A DNA stretch of 64,000 nucleotides from an uncultured candidate division Zixibacteria bacterium (GCA_963668625.2 CAXXKA010000008.1:512001-576000); one strand, 5' to 3'; counted from the first letter of the stretch, positions 19,846 through 30,734 are shown. Program-made: numbers and translations. The notes: generated by a model not told the origin, from the sequence alone.

Positions 19846-22035
19846 TTAACTTTTGTTTTTCAAACAGGCCAGAGCGATACGTATTTTATCGTAGGATATC
19901 TTACCCCCGAGTTTCTCGTATATCGGTTTCAGTTTCTCTTCATCCGATTTCAATGCCGCCGCGGTTATTTGCTCCGACTCGTCCCTGCTCACCCAGGGAA
20001 ACGGATCATCCACATTGTTCTTTTCGATAAACTCCACCAGGTATTGAACCGTGGTCGATTCGGCTCGTTCTATTTTTAAAGCAACTCTATCGACTGCGAA
20101 ACCCTGCTTAAAATATCTGAATGCCTTTTTACGAGCATCAACCGCGCTTCTTTGCATCCTGGTTTTACCCAGCTTGAAATCATCGTCATATTCGCCGAAT
20201 GGCTCTATTCCCATCTTGATATCGTTACGTTCGCAATATTCGCGTATCTTACGGCATATGTGATGTCCGTACTCGGCGGTCTTGGCTTTGCCGATACCTT
20301 TAATTCCGGAGAACTGCCTGATCGTAACCGGCCGGAACCGCGCCAGCTCGCGCAGGACGGCATCCCCGAAAACGATGAACGCCGGTAAACCCTTGCTGTC
20401 GGCAATTACCCTGCGTATTTGTCGAAGCTCCTCGAACAAGCCCTGGTCGACACCCTCCCACTGTTTCTGTACCATATCCGTTTTATCATAGCTTTTGGTC
20501 TTGGTGATATACAGTTTCGGTGTTTCTTCGCCTTTCAATACCGCCCGGCTCTCCGGCGTTCTGGCAACTACATTGTACTCACCTGTTTTTACAAGATAGC
20601 CGGTGGAACAAAGCTGCTCTATCCAGTCACGCACCGCACCTTTAGGATGATCGGATAATATGCCGTAGGTCGAAACGTTATCATGATTGTTCAATAGCAC
20701 GCGCTTATCTTTGGAACCGACAAGTACTTTAGAGACATAATCGGCGCCGAAAGAGTTATCGAGACGAGCGACACAGGAGATGATTTTCTGGGCAATCACC
20801 AACGAGTCGGATACAGACTCGAGCGACCCGAGGCAGATATCACAGGCGCCGCAGCTTTTACCGTTTAGCGCTTGCCCGAAATACGAGGAGATGGCTTTGT
20901 GGCGGCAGATCGTGCCGGTGCAGTAGTCGTACATATCGCTCAGTTTGGATAAGGCTATCTCGCGGGCGTCTTTCTGCATATCTTTCATCAGGAATTTCCA
21001 TATCTGAAAATCACTACCGGAATAAAACAGGCTGCATTCGGCCTCCAGGCTATCCCTGCCGGCGCGGCCGCTTTCCTGCTGATAATGCTCGAGCGATTTC
21101 GGCATCCCGGCATGAATAACGTAGCGCACGTTCGATTTATCGATGCCCATACCGAACGCAACCGTTGCTACGATGATATCGGTTTTCTCCTCAACGAAAG
21201 CCTGCTGGTTGTTTTTCCTTACGGTTTTATCGAGCCCGGCATGATAGGGTAATGCCTTGTAACCCATCTCGACCAGTTTGGCGCTCATAGCATCGACATC
21301 ATCCCGCTTTATGCAGTAGATAATGCCCGAATCACCCGGGTGTTTATCTATGATACGCTTTACCTGCCTGATTCCTTTATTGCGCGGCTCGGCGGTGAAT
21401 ATCAGGTTGGGGCGATCGAACGAGCCGACATACACACCCGGGTTTGCCAGGTTCAACTGGCGGCTGATATCATCCCGCACCTGGCTTGTTGCCGTGGCCG
21501 TGAAAGCATGTATAGGAATATCGGGGAATAGCTCTCTCAAGCATCTCATCTGGCGGTATTCCGGTCGGAAATCGTGCCCCCACATGCTTATGCAATGTGC
21601 CTCATCTATAGCGAAAAACGAGATATCTATATTTTTGATGAACTCTATGAATTTCAGGCCGACCAGTCGTTCGGGGGAAAGATAGATGATTTTAAGATTA
21701 CCCTCTTTGAGATCACGGGCTACCTGACGGTTTCTATCCTCTGACTGGGTGCTATCAATTTTAGCGGCCGCGATACCGTGCTCTTTTAAAGAGTCGACCT
21801 GGTCTTTCATGAGAGAGATCAAAGGCGAGACGATCAATGCCGTACCCGGCATGACGATTGCCGGCGCCTGAAAGCACAGCGACTTTCCACCGCCGGTAGG
21901 CAGCACCACCACCGAATCCCGTTTCTGAAGAGCGGCAATCATAGCCTTCTCCTGCAGTGGCCGGAAACTATCATAGCCCCAGTAATTTAGTACGGTTTTC
22001 TTGAGCTCAGAGAACATAGTATCGTGGCTATTCAT
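19846..22035 (-). CDS. recQ: ATP-dependent DNA helicase RecQ
   Basis: PTGGGKSLCFQ, DEAHCIS.WGHDFRPEY, TATAT, ATVAFGMGIDK, QESGRAGRD, Zn-binding CR...CGACDIC, RQC and HRDC domains. Confidence 0.97.
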   Translation of the reverse strand: MNSHDTMFSELKKTVLNYWGYDSFRPLQEKAMIAALQKRDSVVVLPTGGGKSLCFQAPAIVMPGTALIVSPLISLMKDQVDSLKEHGIAAAKIDSTQSEDRNRQVARDLKEGNLKIIYLSPERLVGLKFIEFIKNIDISFFAIDEAHCISMWGHDFRPEYRQMRCLRELFPDIPIHAFTATATSQVRDDISRQLNLANPGVYVGSFDRPNLIFTAEPRNKGIRQVKRIIDKHPGDSGIIYCIKRDDVDAMSAKLVEMGYKALPYHAGLDKTVRKNNQQAFVEEKTDIIVATVAFGMGIDKSNVRYVIHAGMPKSLEHYQQESGRAGRDSLEAECSLFYSGSDFQIWKFLMKDMQKDAREIALSKLSDMYDYCTGTICRHKAISSYFGQALNGKSCGACDICLGSLESVSDSLVIAQKIISCVARLDNSFGADYVSKVLVGSKDKRVLLNNHDNVSTYGILSDHPKGAVRDWIEQLCSTGYLVKTGEYNVVARTPESRAVLKGEETPKLYITKTKSYDKTDMVQKQWEGVDQGLFEELRQIRRVIADSKGLPAFIVFGDAVLRELARFRPVTIRQFSGIKGIGKAKTAEYGHHICRKIREYCERNDIKMGIEPFGEYDDDFKLGKTRMQRSAVDARKKAFRYFKQGFAVDRVALKIERAESTTVQYLVEFIEKNNVDDPFPWVSRDESEQITAAALKSDEEKLKPIYEKLGGKISYDKIRIALACLKNKS

Positions 22036-22226
22036 AATTAATATAATATAAAAAATTGAATTTGCATGGCAAGAGGTTTGTTTAATTATTGAATTTATGC
22101 ATCGAAAACAGCACGGAATATTATTCGATTAGCAAGGTCTGTTTCTGCTGAGCATAGGTGAATACTCCGATTATCGAACAATCATTTCACTGCCTTATGC
22201 CGCAAGATGGAAATCATCTATGCCTG

Positions 22227-23279
22227 TCAGTCAGGTGTTTTTCTTTCACTCTTTGCCTTGCTTGCCCGTACACCAAACGCCATTATCGGCATACCGGGGA
22301 AAGCCGCGGATGAGTCAGTATGGCCTAGTACGATACCGTCTTCTATGGCCGCAATCGTTTCCTGATGCTTACCGAAAGCGTTGATATTTTTTGCTAAGCG
22401 TTGACCGGTTTTGACAACATCACCCGGCTTGGCCAAAAATCTGATGATGCCTGTTTTCGAGCTATAAGGTTTATCCGAATAGCTAAGCAACCTACCATCA
22501 CCATAACCCGGCGCAAGGGGAAACCTGAAAGGCTTATCATCAAGAGAAATCATCCCGAGATGTGCCAGGATATTACGTATAGTCTCGAGACCGAAAGTGA
22601 CATTTGACTCACTCACCACATTGGGCTTCCCCAGCTCTATAGTCAATGCGGGAATGTCGTGTAACAGGAGGTTCAACGACAGGCTCCGGTTTAAATCCTC
22701 GGTGTCGAGTATCAGGCATAACCCGGCTTTCTTAGCTACGCTTAAAGATTCTCGGTAAGCTGCTTTATGATTTTTTCCGGGATCGTTATCCAGAAGTATA
22801 TAGGGGATCGATTCGACCCAGTCGTTGTGAAGGTCTACCACGAAGCTCGGTTTATCCTCGGTAATAGCACTAAAAATTCGATGTGCCATTCTTTCGCCAA
22901 GCGAACCTTTCAGGCTGCCGGGAAAAGACCGGTTCAAGTCCTCCCTGCTCATGGCTATATGACGAGTTCCCATTTCGAATCCGAGCGGATTCATTAGCGG
23001 AAAAGCCCGAACCGTTCCACAACGTAGACGCCCTTTAAGTATTTTAAAAACCTCCTGTATAACCACAATACCGCTGACTTCGTTACCATGGCTACAGGCT
23101 GTCAACCAAACGAGCGGGCCGGGGTTGGCGCTTTCTGCGGACATGAGAGGTAATCGCCTGAGTGATAAGTCCGAGCCGGTCATGATTTTCATGAAAGAAT
23201 AATGAAATTTAACCGGGAGGGACTTATGTGTTCCCCTTTTAGTCAACATTTTATCCTTATATTGAAAACAAAACGACAT
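22227..23279 (-). CDS. Succinylglutamate desuccinylase/aspartoacylase (M14-like) family protein
   Basis: HGNE, DLNRSFPG, VDLH, TIELG, C-terminal barrel-sandwich hybrid; true start probably downstream of 23279. Confidence 0.85.
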   Translation of the reverse strand: MSFCFQYKDKMLTKRGTHKSLPVKFHYSFMKIMTGSDLSLRRLPLMSAESANPGPLVWLTACSHGNEVSGIVVIQEVFKILKGRLRCGTVRAFPLMNPLGFEMGTRHIAMSREDLNRSFPGSLKGSLGERMAHRIFSAITEDKPSFVVDLHNDWVESIPYILLDNDPGKNHKAAYRESLSVAKKAGLCLILDTEDLNRSLSLNLLLHDIPALTIELGKPNVVSESNVTFGLETIRNILAHLGMISLDDKPFRFPLAPGYGDGRLLSYSDKPYSSKTGIIRFLAKPGDVVKTGQRLAKNINAFGKHQETIAAIEDGIVLGHTDSSAAFPGMPIMAFGVRASKAKSERKTPD

Positions 23280-23470
23280 TTACGATCGATGACATTCGAA
23301 GGATCAGCAACCATGTTTTTCAAAAACAATGATATACGTATAACTTCGACTCATCCGAACGGGGATTGCTCTTTCTATCATTCGAATATTGTTTGCTGTT
23401 ATTAGCTCGATCCCGAATAGTCGTGACTGACCGATCCAGCCTTCTTAATCTTTATCCTGCCGGTTTCCGG

Positions 23471-24598
23471 TTATAGCTTCTTCTCGAAAAGCCGGTAGCG
23501 TTTGTATGGCGTACCACCCATCATCTCCGCCGCGCGAGTCATCATGGCATTATCCTCCAGTATCCATGACATCTCCACCCACTTGTAACCTACCTCGGTG
23601 CCGAAATCGTAGGTATCGACATAGAACACGGCATCGATACCGATTTTCTGATACTCCGGCACGATTCCCAGCGCCATCAGGCGTATGCCATCCGCGAGAC
23701 GTTTTACCTTAGTATGCCAGAGAAATTGAAATACGCCGAACGGGAAGAGTTTACCATTCATTTTTTTGAACAATGGGTTTAAATCTGGCATTGCTAATGA
23801 AAACCCGGCCGGTTTATCGCCAACGAAACCGAACAGCACGACATTGGGGTCGACGATCTTTTTGAAATCATCAGCAGTATGAAGAATCTCCTCCTCGGTC
23901 ATCGGCACGAACCCCCAGTTGCGGCTCCAGGCTTTATTGTATACGTCGCGAACTATCAAAAGCTCGTTATCGAAATCGTTCATATTGATTTTTCGCACTT
24001 TAATATTATGTTTCTTTTTGATAAGAGCCGCGACCCGCCTGAGTTTATCGGGAAGATTTTTCGAATCATCGAGATGATACGCCAGCAAATCTTTTATTTT
24101 CTCGAAACCATACCCCTCGGTTAGCTTCAGATAGTATTCGGGATTATAAGGCATCTGAAAAACCGGCAGGCTGTCAAACGCGTTGGCCAGCATCCCCCAG
24201 TCATCATTGGAGGAATAGTTTGCCGGGCCGCGAACGGCATCGAGGTTTAGCGAGCGGAGATGCTCGGCGGCGGTATCGAATAACTCATTGGCCAGAGATT
24301 GATCATCGGGGCATTCGAAAAAACCGAAGAAACCGATATTCTCCTCATTGATTTCATTGTGACGGGTATTGTGTATCGCCGCTATTCGAGCGACCGGTTT
24401 GCCATTCCGGCGCGCTACGTAGAATTTAGCATCCGAGTGAAGGAAAAACGGATTGGAGTTCTTATCGAAAAACTTACGGCTCTCAGATATCAATTGAGGC
24501 ACCCAGTAGGGATTGTTTTCGTAAATCCCGAATGGTACCTTGATGAAATCATCTATGTCGGATTTTGTTACCGCCTCGGTAATTTCGTAATTTACCAT
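23471..24598 (-). CDS. YghO-like double-GNAT N-acyltransferase; candidate bacterial ceramide synthase (bCerS)
   Basis: PYWVP, GFFGFFEC, RGP.N, MPYNPEYY, WS.NWGFVP, ALGIVPEYQKIG, EMSWILEDN; directly downstream of an SPT-like gene. Confidence 0.75.
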   Translation of the reverse strand: MVNYEITEAVTKSDIDDFIKVPFGIYENNPYWVPQLISESRKFFDKNSNPFFLHSDAKFYVARRNGKPVARIAAIHNTRHNEINEENIGFFGFFECPDDQSLANELFDTAAEHLRSLNLDAVRGPANYSSNDDWGMLANAFDSLPVFQMPYNPEYYLKLTEGYGFEKIKDLLAYHLDDSKNLPDKLRRVAALIKKKHNIKVRKINMNDFDNELLIVRDVYNKAWSRNWGFVPMTEEEILHTADDFKKIVDPNVVLFGFVGDKPAGFSLAMPDLNPLFKKMNGKLFPFGVFQFLWHTKVKRLADGIRLMALGIVPEYQKIGIDAVFYVDTYDFGTEVGYKWVEMSWILEDNAMMTRAAEMMGGTPYKRYRLFEKKL

Positions 24599-24663
24599 TT
24601 TATATGATTATCCCCGCATCCTGAAAATGCATGTTAAAAGCCCGATAAATATTTTGTCAATAG

Positions 24664-25911
24664 TTATATAATACCGAATTTTTTGCCGGCCCGATAGAAA
24701 ATATCAAGTACTTTATCGAGCTGGTCATCGGTATGAGTTGCCGTGAAACTGGTGCGGATAAGTGATTGATTGGGTGCGACCGCCGGAGGTATGACCGGAT
24801 TGGTGAAAAGTCCCTCATCGGTGAGCATACGCCAGAATTTGAACGTCTTCATGTTTTCCATGGTGTTATCACGCACGTAAATCGGTATGATGGGAGTTTC
24901 ACTCGTACCCAGATCGAATCCCATTGACAGGAACTCCTTATGCATACGGTTGGATATCTCCCACAGGCGAATACGACGTTCCGGCTCCTCCTGGACAATC
25001 TCCAGCGTGGCCAGCACGGTAGCAACCGCAGCGGGAGGCATCGAGGCGGAAAAGATGAGCGGCCGCGAGAAATGTTTTACGTATTCTACTATCTCCCTGC
25101 TTCCGGCAATATAGCCGCCTATCGAGGCGAACGATTTCGAGAACGTGCCCATCACCAGATCAACTTTATTCTCCAGGTGGTAATGTTCGGCGGTACCCCG
25201 GCCATGATCGCCTAAAACGCCTATCGAGTGCGCATCATCCACCAGCACGCCGGCGTTGTACTTGCCCGCGATTTCGGTCAAACGTGGAAGCTTGACAATA
25301 TCACCCTCCATCGAGAACACACCGTCACTAACAACCATCTTGTGAACATCCTTATCGAACCGGCTCATCACCCGTTCGAGATCATCCATATCATTATGAC
25401 GGTATTTCACTATTTGTCCGAACGATAACCGGCAACCATCCACTATGGAGGCGTGATCGCCACGGTCGGTGAACACCAGCTCGTTTTTACCTATCAGGGT
25501 AGAGATAGTGCCTAGGTTGGTCATGAACCCGGTGGAGAATATCAGGGAGGATTCGGTACCCATGTAGTCCGCCAGCTTCTCCTCGAGCTCGACATGAATA
25601 TCGAGCGTGCCATTCAAGAAGCGCGAACCGGTACATCCAGAACCGTACTTGTCGACAGCCTTATGAATCCTCTCGATCACCCTGGGATGATTGGTCAGTC
25701 CCAGGTAGTTGTTAGAGCCGATCATGATCACCTTCTCGCCGTTTATCACGACCTCGTTATCGGGAGCGGAGGATATTTCACGGAAGAACGGGTATATACC
25801 CATCTCCCGCACCTCATCGGCGGCGGTGAAATTGTGGCACTTGGTAAATATGCCCTGTTTATTGTTGCTGGGTATATCAGCTTTGATTCTAAGATCTTTT
25901 GAGTTTCCCAT
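24664..25911 (-). CDS. spt: Alpha-oxoamine synthase family PLP enzyme, likely serine palmitoyltransferase
   Basis: GIYPFFR, GSNNYLGL, GCTGSRFLNGT, HASIVDG, VFSMEGD, DDAH, GTFSKS (PLP Lys), FSASMPP; N-terminus resembles Bacteroidota SPT; adjacent bCerS-like gene. Confidence 0.7.
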   Translation of the reverse strand: MGNSKDLRIKADIPSNNKQGIFTKCHNFTAADEVREMGIYPFFREISSAPDNEVVINGEKVIMIGSNNYLGLTNHPRVIERIHKAVDKYGSGCTGSRFLNGTLDIHVELEEKLADYMGTESSLIFSTGFMTNLGTISTLIGKNELVFTDRGDHASIVDGCRLSFGQIVKYRHNDMDDLERVMSRFDKDVHKMVVSDGVFSMEGDIVKLPRLTEIAGKYNAGVLVDDAHSIGVLGDHGRGTAEHYHLENKVDLVMGTFSKSFASIGGYIAGSREIVEYVKHFSRPLIFSASMPPAAVATVLATLEIVQEEPERRIRLWEISNRMHKEFLSMGFDLGTSETPIIPIYVRDNTMENMKTFKFWRMLTDEGLFTNPVIPPAVAPNQSLIRTSFTATHTDDQLDKVLDIFYRAGKKFGII

Positions 25912-26077
25912 AAGCTAAGGGTTGAATATTACTCCGAATGTGGTGTTTGTCAAGATGTAAATATAAAATTATGGTTGTGTAGTTTTTTGATATAGCGTAA
26001 GTTAATTATATGTATTATATAAAACCGAATAAATGTCGACAACTTTAAATAGAAAAACTACTTAGCTGGAGACAGAG

Positions 26078-27418
26078 ATGAATTTCGATAAAACGATTTT
26101 TAAGGCTTACGATATACGAGGAATATATGGCAAACAGTTAGATGCCGATCTATATAAGGCTATCGGCACGGCTGTTGCTAATGTGCTTAATTGCCACAAC
26201 ACGGTCGTGGGATACGACATGAGAAGTTCCTCACCCGAGCTGGCCGAGGCTTTTTGCCGGGGCATGATCGAGGCCGGGGCTAATATTACGGATGTCGGAT
26301 TGTGTTCTACCGATGCTATATATTTCGCGGTCGGTAAGTACGGTTACGATTGCGGCGCGATGATTACCGCCTCGCATAATCCGCCCGAGTATAACGGGTT
26401 GAAGATGTGCAAAAGCGGAGCGGAGCCGTTATCCTCGCAAATCGAGTTGGCCCAGGTCATGAAAATTCTGGAAAATGATGCGCTGAAGAAAGCAGATAAG
26501 CCGGGTTCAAAAGACAAGAGAGAAATTATTACGGATTTCATAGATCATGTGTTGTCTTTCGTGGAAATTGACAACATTAAGCCGTTTAAAATAGTCGCTG
26601 ATGCCGGTAACGGTATGGCCGGTCTTATCGTGCCGATACTATTCGAGAAATTGCCCTGCGAACTGGTACCGATGTATTTCGAGCTGGATGGCACATTTCC
26701 GAATCATCCAGCCAGCCCGATTGAGCCCGAGAACATAGCCGATCTTCAAAAACGATTGCTGGAGGAGAAAGCCGATTTCGGGGTTGCTTTCGATGGCGAC
26801 GCCGACAGGATGTTTTTGGTGGATGAAAATGCCAGAGCATTGGGCGGCGATATGGTTACCGCTATGGTTGCTCGTTCGATGCTGACCAAACAACCCGGCT
26901 CTAAAATAATCTATAATCTGATCTGTTCGAAGGCGGTGCCTAAGGTGGTACAGCAAAGCGGCGGCGTACCGGTAAGGACACGGGTTGGGCATGCTTTTAT
27001 CAAAGCTATCATGAAACAGGAAAACGCGGTGTTCGGCGGAGAGCACTCCGGGCATTTCTATTTCAGGGATAACTGGTTTGCCGATTCTGGATTGATCGCT
27101 TTCATAGTCTGCCTCGAATTGCTAAGCAAATCAGGTTCGACTCTATCGGAATTGGTGAAATCATTCGATACTAATTTCAGGAGTGGTGAGATAAACTCAC
27201 GGGTGGAGGATATCCCCTCGAAATTAAAAGAACTGGAACAAGCGTTCCCTGATGCCGATATAGATAAACTAGACGGGGTAACGATCGATAACGGCAGTTA
27301 TTGGTTCAACGTCAGGCCCTCGAACACCGAACCACTGCTGCGCTTGAACCTGGAGGCCGAATCGGAGGCCGTATTGAGCGAGGCTATCGATAAAGTATTG
27401 GGAATAATCAGGGGATAA
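26078..27418 (+). CDS. Phosphomannomutase/phosphoglucomutase
   Basis: FKAYDIRG, ITASHNP (catalytic Ser), FDGDADR, GEHSGH, VRPSNTEP. Confidence 0.95.
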   Translation: MNFDKTIFKAYDIRGIYGKQLDADLYKAIGTAVANVLNCHNTVVGYDMRSSSPELAEAFCRGMIEAGANITDVGLCSTDAIYFAVGKYGYDCGAMITASHNPPEYNGLKMCKSGAEPLSSQIELAQVMKILENDALKKADKPGSKDKREIITDFIDHVLSFVEIDNIKPFKIVADAGNGMAGLIVPILFEKLPCELVPMYFELDGTFPNHPASPIEPENIADLQKRLLEEKADFGVAFDGDADRMFLVDENARALGGDMVTAMVARSMLTKQPGSKIIYNLICSKAVPKVVQQSGGVPVRTRVGHAFIKAIMKQENAVFGGEHSGHFYFRDNWFADSGLIAFIVCLELLSKSGSTLSELVKSFDTNFRSGEINSRVEDIPSKLKELEQAFPDADIDKLDGVTIDNGSYWFNVRPSNTEPLLRLNLEAESEAVLSEAIDKVLGIIRG

Positions 27419-27420
27419 AT

Positions 27421-28215
27421 TTGCCGGACGGATACGATTCAATAAAAGTATTGGTTGTCGATGACGACAAGCTTATACGAAGTTTGCTGGGGGATACCCT
27501 GGGCGCGCTGGGTTATACCACTATTACGGTGGAGGACTATAAAACCGCGGTCGAGGCGCTCGATAAAGAACATGTTGATGTCGTAATAACCGATATACTC
27601 CTGCCCGATAAACTTGGTTACGACTTGATCAAGATGGTGAAAAAGACTTTCCCGAAAACACCGGTGCTGGCGATATCGGGAAAACCTATATCTCGTAAGG
27701 ATGTTATAGATGCCGGAGCGGATGGCTTTCTGTCAAAGCCGTTCAGGATCGGTGTGGTGGAGGATCTGATTCAAACCACTCTTCTTCGCTACGATGTCAA
27801 AAATGTCAAAAACGAACCCAGCAAGAAAAAGATACTGGTAGTGGATGACGAGCCGGATGTCATTACTACCCTGATGGATTCGCTGGAGGCGCTTGGATAT
27901 ATGGCGGAAGGCGCCGGCAACGGCGTTGAGGCATTAGAATGTCTGGAAAAAAGCAGCTATGATCTGGTGATAACCGATATCAGGATGCCGGAGAAAAACG
28001 GGATCGACCTCCTAAACGATATCAAAGCGAAATACCCGAAATTACCGGTTGTCATCATCACCGGCTACACCTTGGCTTACCCGCCCGAGCAGGCGCAGAA
28101 AGAGGGGGCTGAGGGCTACATAGCCAAGCCGTTCAGAATTAACCAGATAGATGACCTTCTGGCAAAAATCCTGTTTAATTTCAAGGGTGGGAATCTACAG
28201 GACCAGAACAGCTAA
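27421..28215 (+). CDS. Response regulator with two tandem receiver domains and no output domain
   Basis: VLVVDDD...ITDILLP...SKPF and ILVVDDE...ITDIRMP...AKPF; TTG start 2 bp after the PMM stop. Confidence 0.85.
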   Translation: MPDGYDSIKVLVVDDDKLIRSLLGDTLGALGYTTITVEDYKTAVEALDKEHVDVVITDILLPDKLGYDLIKMVKKTFPKTPVLAISGKPISRKDVIDAGADGFLSKPFRIGVVEDLIQTTLLRYDVKNVKNEPSKKKILVVDDEPDVITTLMDSLEALGYMAEGAGNGVEALECLEKSSYDLVITDIRMPEKNGIDLLNDIKAKYPKLPVVIITGYTLAYPPEQAQKEGAEGYIAKPFRINQIDDLLAKILFNFKGGNLQDQNS

Positions 28216-28281
28216 ACGGCAAATAATCACTTTTAGATATTAGTATAGATTGCGATCAGTGTCCCTATACATTATCGGGAT

Positions 28282-28317
28282 TGTCATTGCGAGGAGCAGG
28301 AGCAGACGCGGCAATCC
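28282..28317. repeat. Short palindromic repeat element (GTCATTGCGAGGAGC...GCAATC type)
   Basis: TGTCATTGCGAGGAGCAGGAGCAGACGCGGCAATCC resembles a widespread REP/RPE-like intergenic element; single degenerate copy here. Confidence 0.5.
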
Positions 28318-28687
28318 GTCTGTTAATGCGATGTCTCAATGTCCGGTAAATATCTCTGCCTGCTGCTTAAAGCTGGCTACATAAAGAGCTGTCTCAAGGG
28401 ACAGATGAGGAAATTTGCCACCCACAACATAATCCCGATGAGGGTAGCTGAATCATTTTTCCCCGCATTATATTTCGTACTATATAATAATGATTGTTTT
28501 TCTCAAAGCATTCGAAGTATAGTTTCTTGAGCTGTAATATTAACTGAATCCTGGTTTTTATATTGCCTTTAAGCCGTAACTTTTCTATTTTAAAAACCGT
28601 AATTTATTTGTACAGCGTATTTTCTCAAGGAGGGTTTCAGACTGTCATCAATTTTCTAATAATAAATTTTAAGCTAATGGAGGTAAA

Positions 28688-30688
28688 ATGAAAAAACTAC
28701 TTATGGTAGTTTCGTTGCTCGCGATGCTGTTTATGGTATCGACAGTTAACGCCGGAGAGATCGATGATATACTGGCCGAGGCCGATAGCTGGATCGTCTC
28801 CGACACCGTCAAAATCTTGTCCTATGTCGATAGCTGCGCTCAGGTTGTCGATGACATGCTTACACAGTCCCCCTACTGGGAGGAGACGCAGCGCGATCTG
28901 TCATTCCTTCTGGGTATCGACTATGTCGGCTCGGCTCAGATCGATAACACGGGCAGGATTTATTTCACCATGAGAATAACCGGCGAAACCGGTCACCTGT
29001 TTTATATCGATGAGCCTATGGGCTGGCCTCATCAGTTATCCCCCAACAACTGGCCCTCCGAGGGCTATTCTATCTGGGGTTACGAGCCTCATCCCTCAGG
29101 CGATTACGTGCTGGTTTTCGCCATGAAATACGGCAGCGAACGTCACGATATATGGAAATTCAATCGGGATGGCACTTTCGAGCCGCTTCTGGTCGATACC
29201 GACATCCGCTACTCCAACACTGTTTTCAAAAATAAGGATGAATTCTTCCTGGCTATCGATGATCGGGAGAACCAGTATTTCTGCAAATACAAAATCTCCA
29301 CCGGCGAACTCGATACACTTTATCAGGATCCTAATAAAGATTGGATAGGAATGTTTGATTACGAGGACGGTAAGCTTCTCTGCGGACGGTTCCTGTCATT
29401 CTCCGAAAGCCAGTTCTTTATACTGGACGAAGAAACGTTAAAGGCCAAAAATATCTCCGATAAGGGTAGTTTCGGGGACGCGGTATTTACCGGCGACGGC
29501 CGAATTATTTTCACCACCGATAAGAAATCCAAAAAGAACGATTTCAACAAGCTGGTAATCGTTGATGTCGACAAGCCCAAGAAAATGAAAGTGCTATACG
29601 ATCCGAAAATGGAGAACTCCGGTTTCGAGTATCTCAAGGATCAGAAGATCGTAATCATGACTTTAAATCAGGACGGCTATTCTAAACTCGTCGGATTCGA
29701 TCTTGACGGTAACTCGATCGCTGTTCCCGAAATCCCGGTCGGAGTGCTTTCCGGCGGCGGCGCTTATGATGACAACGGCTCGACCAATGATATGGGAGAT
29801 TTTGTCTATGGGCTTTCAACACCAAACATGGCGCCCTCGATTTTCCATTTCAAGGTAGGCGAGAACAAGATCACCAAGCTGGCGGATGTTGCCACATTCG
29901 GTTTCGATTTCTCGAAAGTAAATGTCGAGGTTATTCGCTATCCCTCAAAAGATGGCACTATGATCCCGGCTCTTCTGTATACTCCAGTGGATGTTAAAAA
30001 GGACGGTAAGAATCCGGCTATCGTAGACTATCACGGTGGCCCGCCTCAGCAATGGCGTCCTTATTTCCAGCGCAATCTGGCTTTCGCATTATCCAAAGGC
30101 CTGATTATCGTACGCCCGAATGTCAGGGGCTCCGAGGGCTATGGTCCCGAATGGGAGAAAGCCGACAATCGAAAAGGACGTTATAAAGCTTTAGGCGATG
30201 CCGAAGCCGCTATCGATTACCTCGTTGATGAGGGCTACTCCAATTACGATCAGATCGGTATCTGGGGCGGCTCGTACGGCGGTTACACCGTTAACTGGCT
30301 GGCAGTGAACGCACCGGAAAAATTCGCCTGCGCTATCAGCCAGGTGGGCGTTGCCGATCAGGATTATCAGCAAACTCATGGTGATGTCGGCGGCAGGAAT
30401 ATCTGGGAGTTGGAGTTCGGCAAGGTAGGCACCAAGCTGGTACACGATCTCTCGCCGATATGGAAATCGGATCAGGTTGCCCGCCCGATTCTATTGACTG
30501 CCGGTTTTTACGATCCCCGGGTGTTCCCCGGCGATCCCCGCAGGTTCGGCTATTTGTTAAGCAAGCTAGGTAAGGAAGTATACTACCTGGAAAATACCAA
30601 AGCTGGACATGGCGCGGTTACCAAAGATGATATCATTCACGAGTACACGCAGTATTACACGTTCTTCATGGAACACATAATGAAGTAA
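28688..30688 (+). CDS. Secreted S9 (prolyl oligopeptidase/acylaminoacyl peptidase) family peptidase
   Basis: GGAGG SD; signal peptide; beta-propeller region; YHGGP, NVRGSEGYG, GGSYGG (Ser), DPRV (Asp), GHG (His). Confidence 0.9.
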   Translation: MKKLLMVVSLLAMLFMVSTVNAGEIDDILAEADSWIVSDTVKILSYVDSCAQVVDDMLTQSPYWEETQRDLSFLLGIDYVGSAQIDNTGRIYFTMRITGETGHLFYIDEPMGWPHQLSPNNWPSEGYSIWGYEPHPSGDYVLVFAMKYGSERHDIWKFNRDGTFEPLLVDTDIRYSNTVFKNKDEFFLAIDDRENQYFCKYKISTGELDTLYQDPNKDWIGMFDYEDGKLLCGRFLSFSESQFFILDEETLKAKNISDKGSFGDAVFTGDGRIIFTTDKKSKKNDFNKLVIVDVDKPKKMKVLYDPKMENSGFEYLKDQKIVIMTLNQDGYSKLVGFDLDGNSIAVPEIPVGVLSGGGAYDDNGSTNDMGDFVYGLSTPNMAPSIFHFKVGENKITKLADVATFGFDFSKVNVEVIRYPSKDGTMIPALLYTPVDVKKDGKNPAIVDYHGGPPQQWRPYFQRNLAFALSKGLIIVRPNVRGSEGYGPEWEKADNRKGRYKALGDAEAAIDYLVDEGYSNYDQIGIWGGSYGGYTVNWLAVNAPEKFACAISQVGVADQDYQQTHGDVGGRNIWELEFGKVGTKLVHDLSPIWKSDQVARPILLTAGFYDPRVFPGDPRRFGYLLSKLGKEVYYLENTKAGHGAVTKDDIIHEYTQYYTFFMEHIMK

Positions 30689-30734
30689 GCTGCGATATTC
30701 GAACGCGGTTATTTAACGGCGTAAACATATTTTT

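Noticed and set aside
24664-25911. Annotation as bioF or kbl
   Set aside because: Not excluded, but the SPT-like N-terminus and adjacent bCerS-like gene, with no bio or tdh genes nearby, favour spt.
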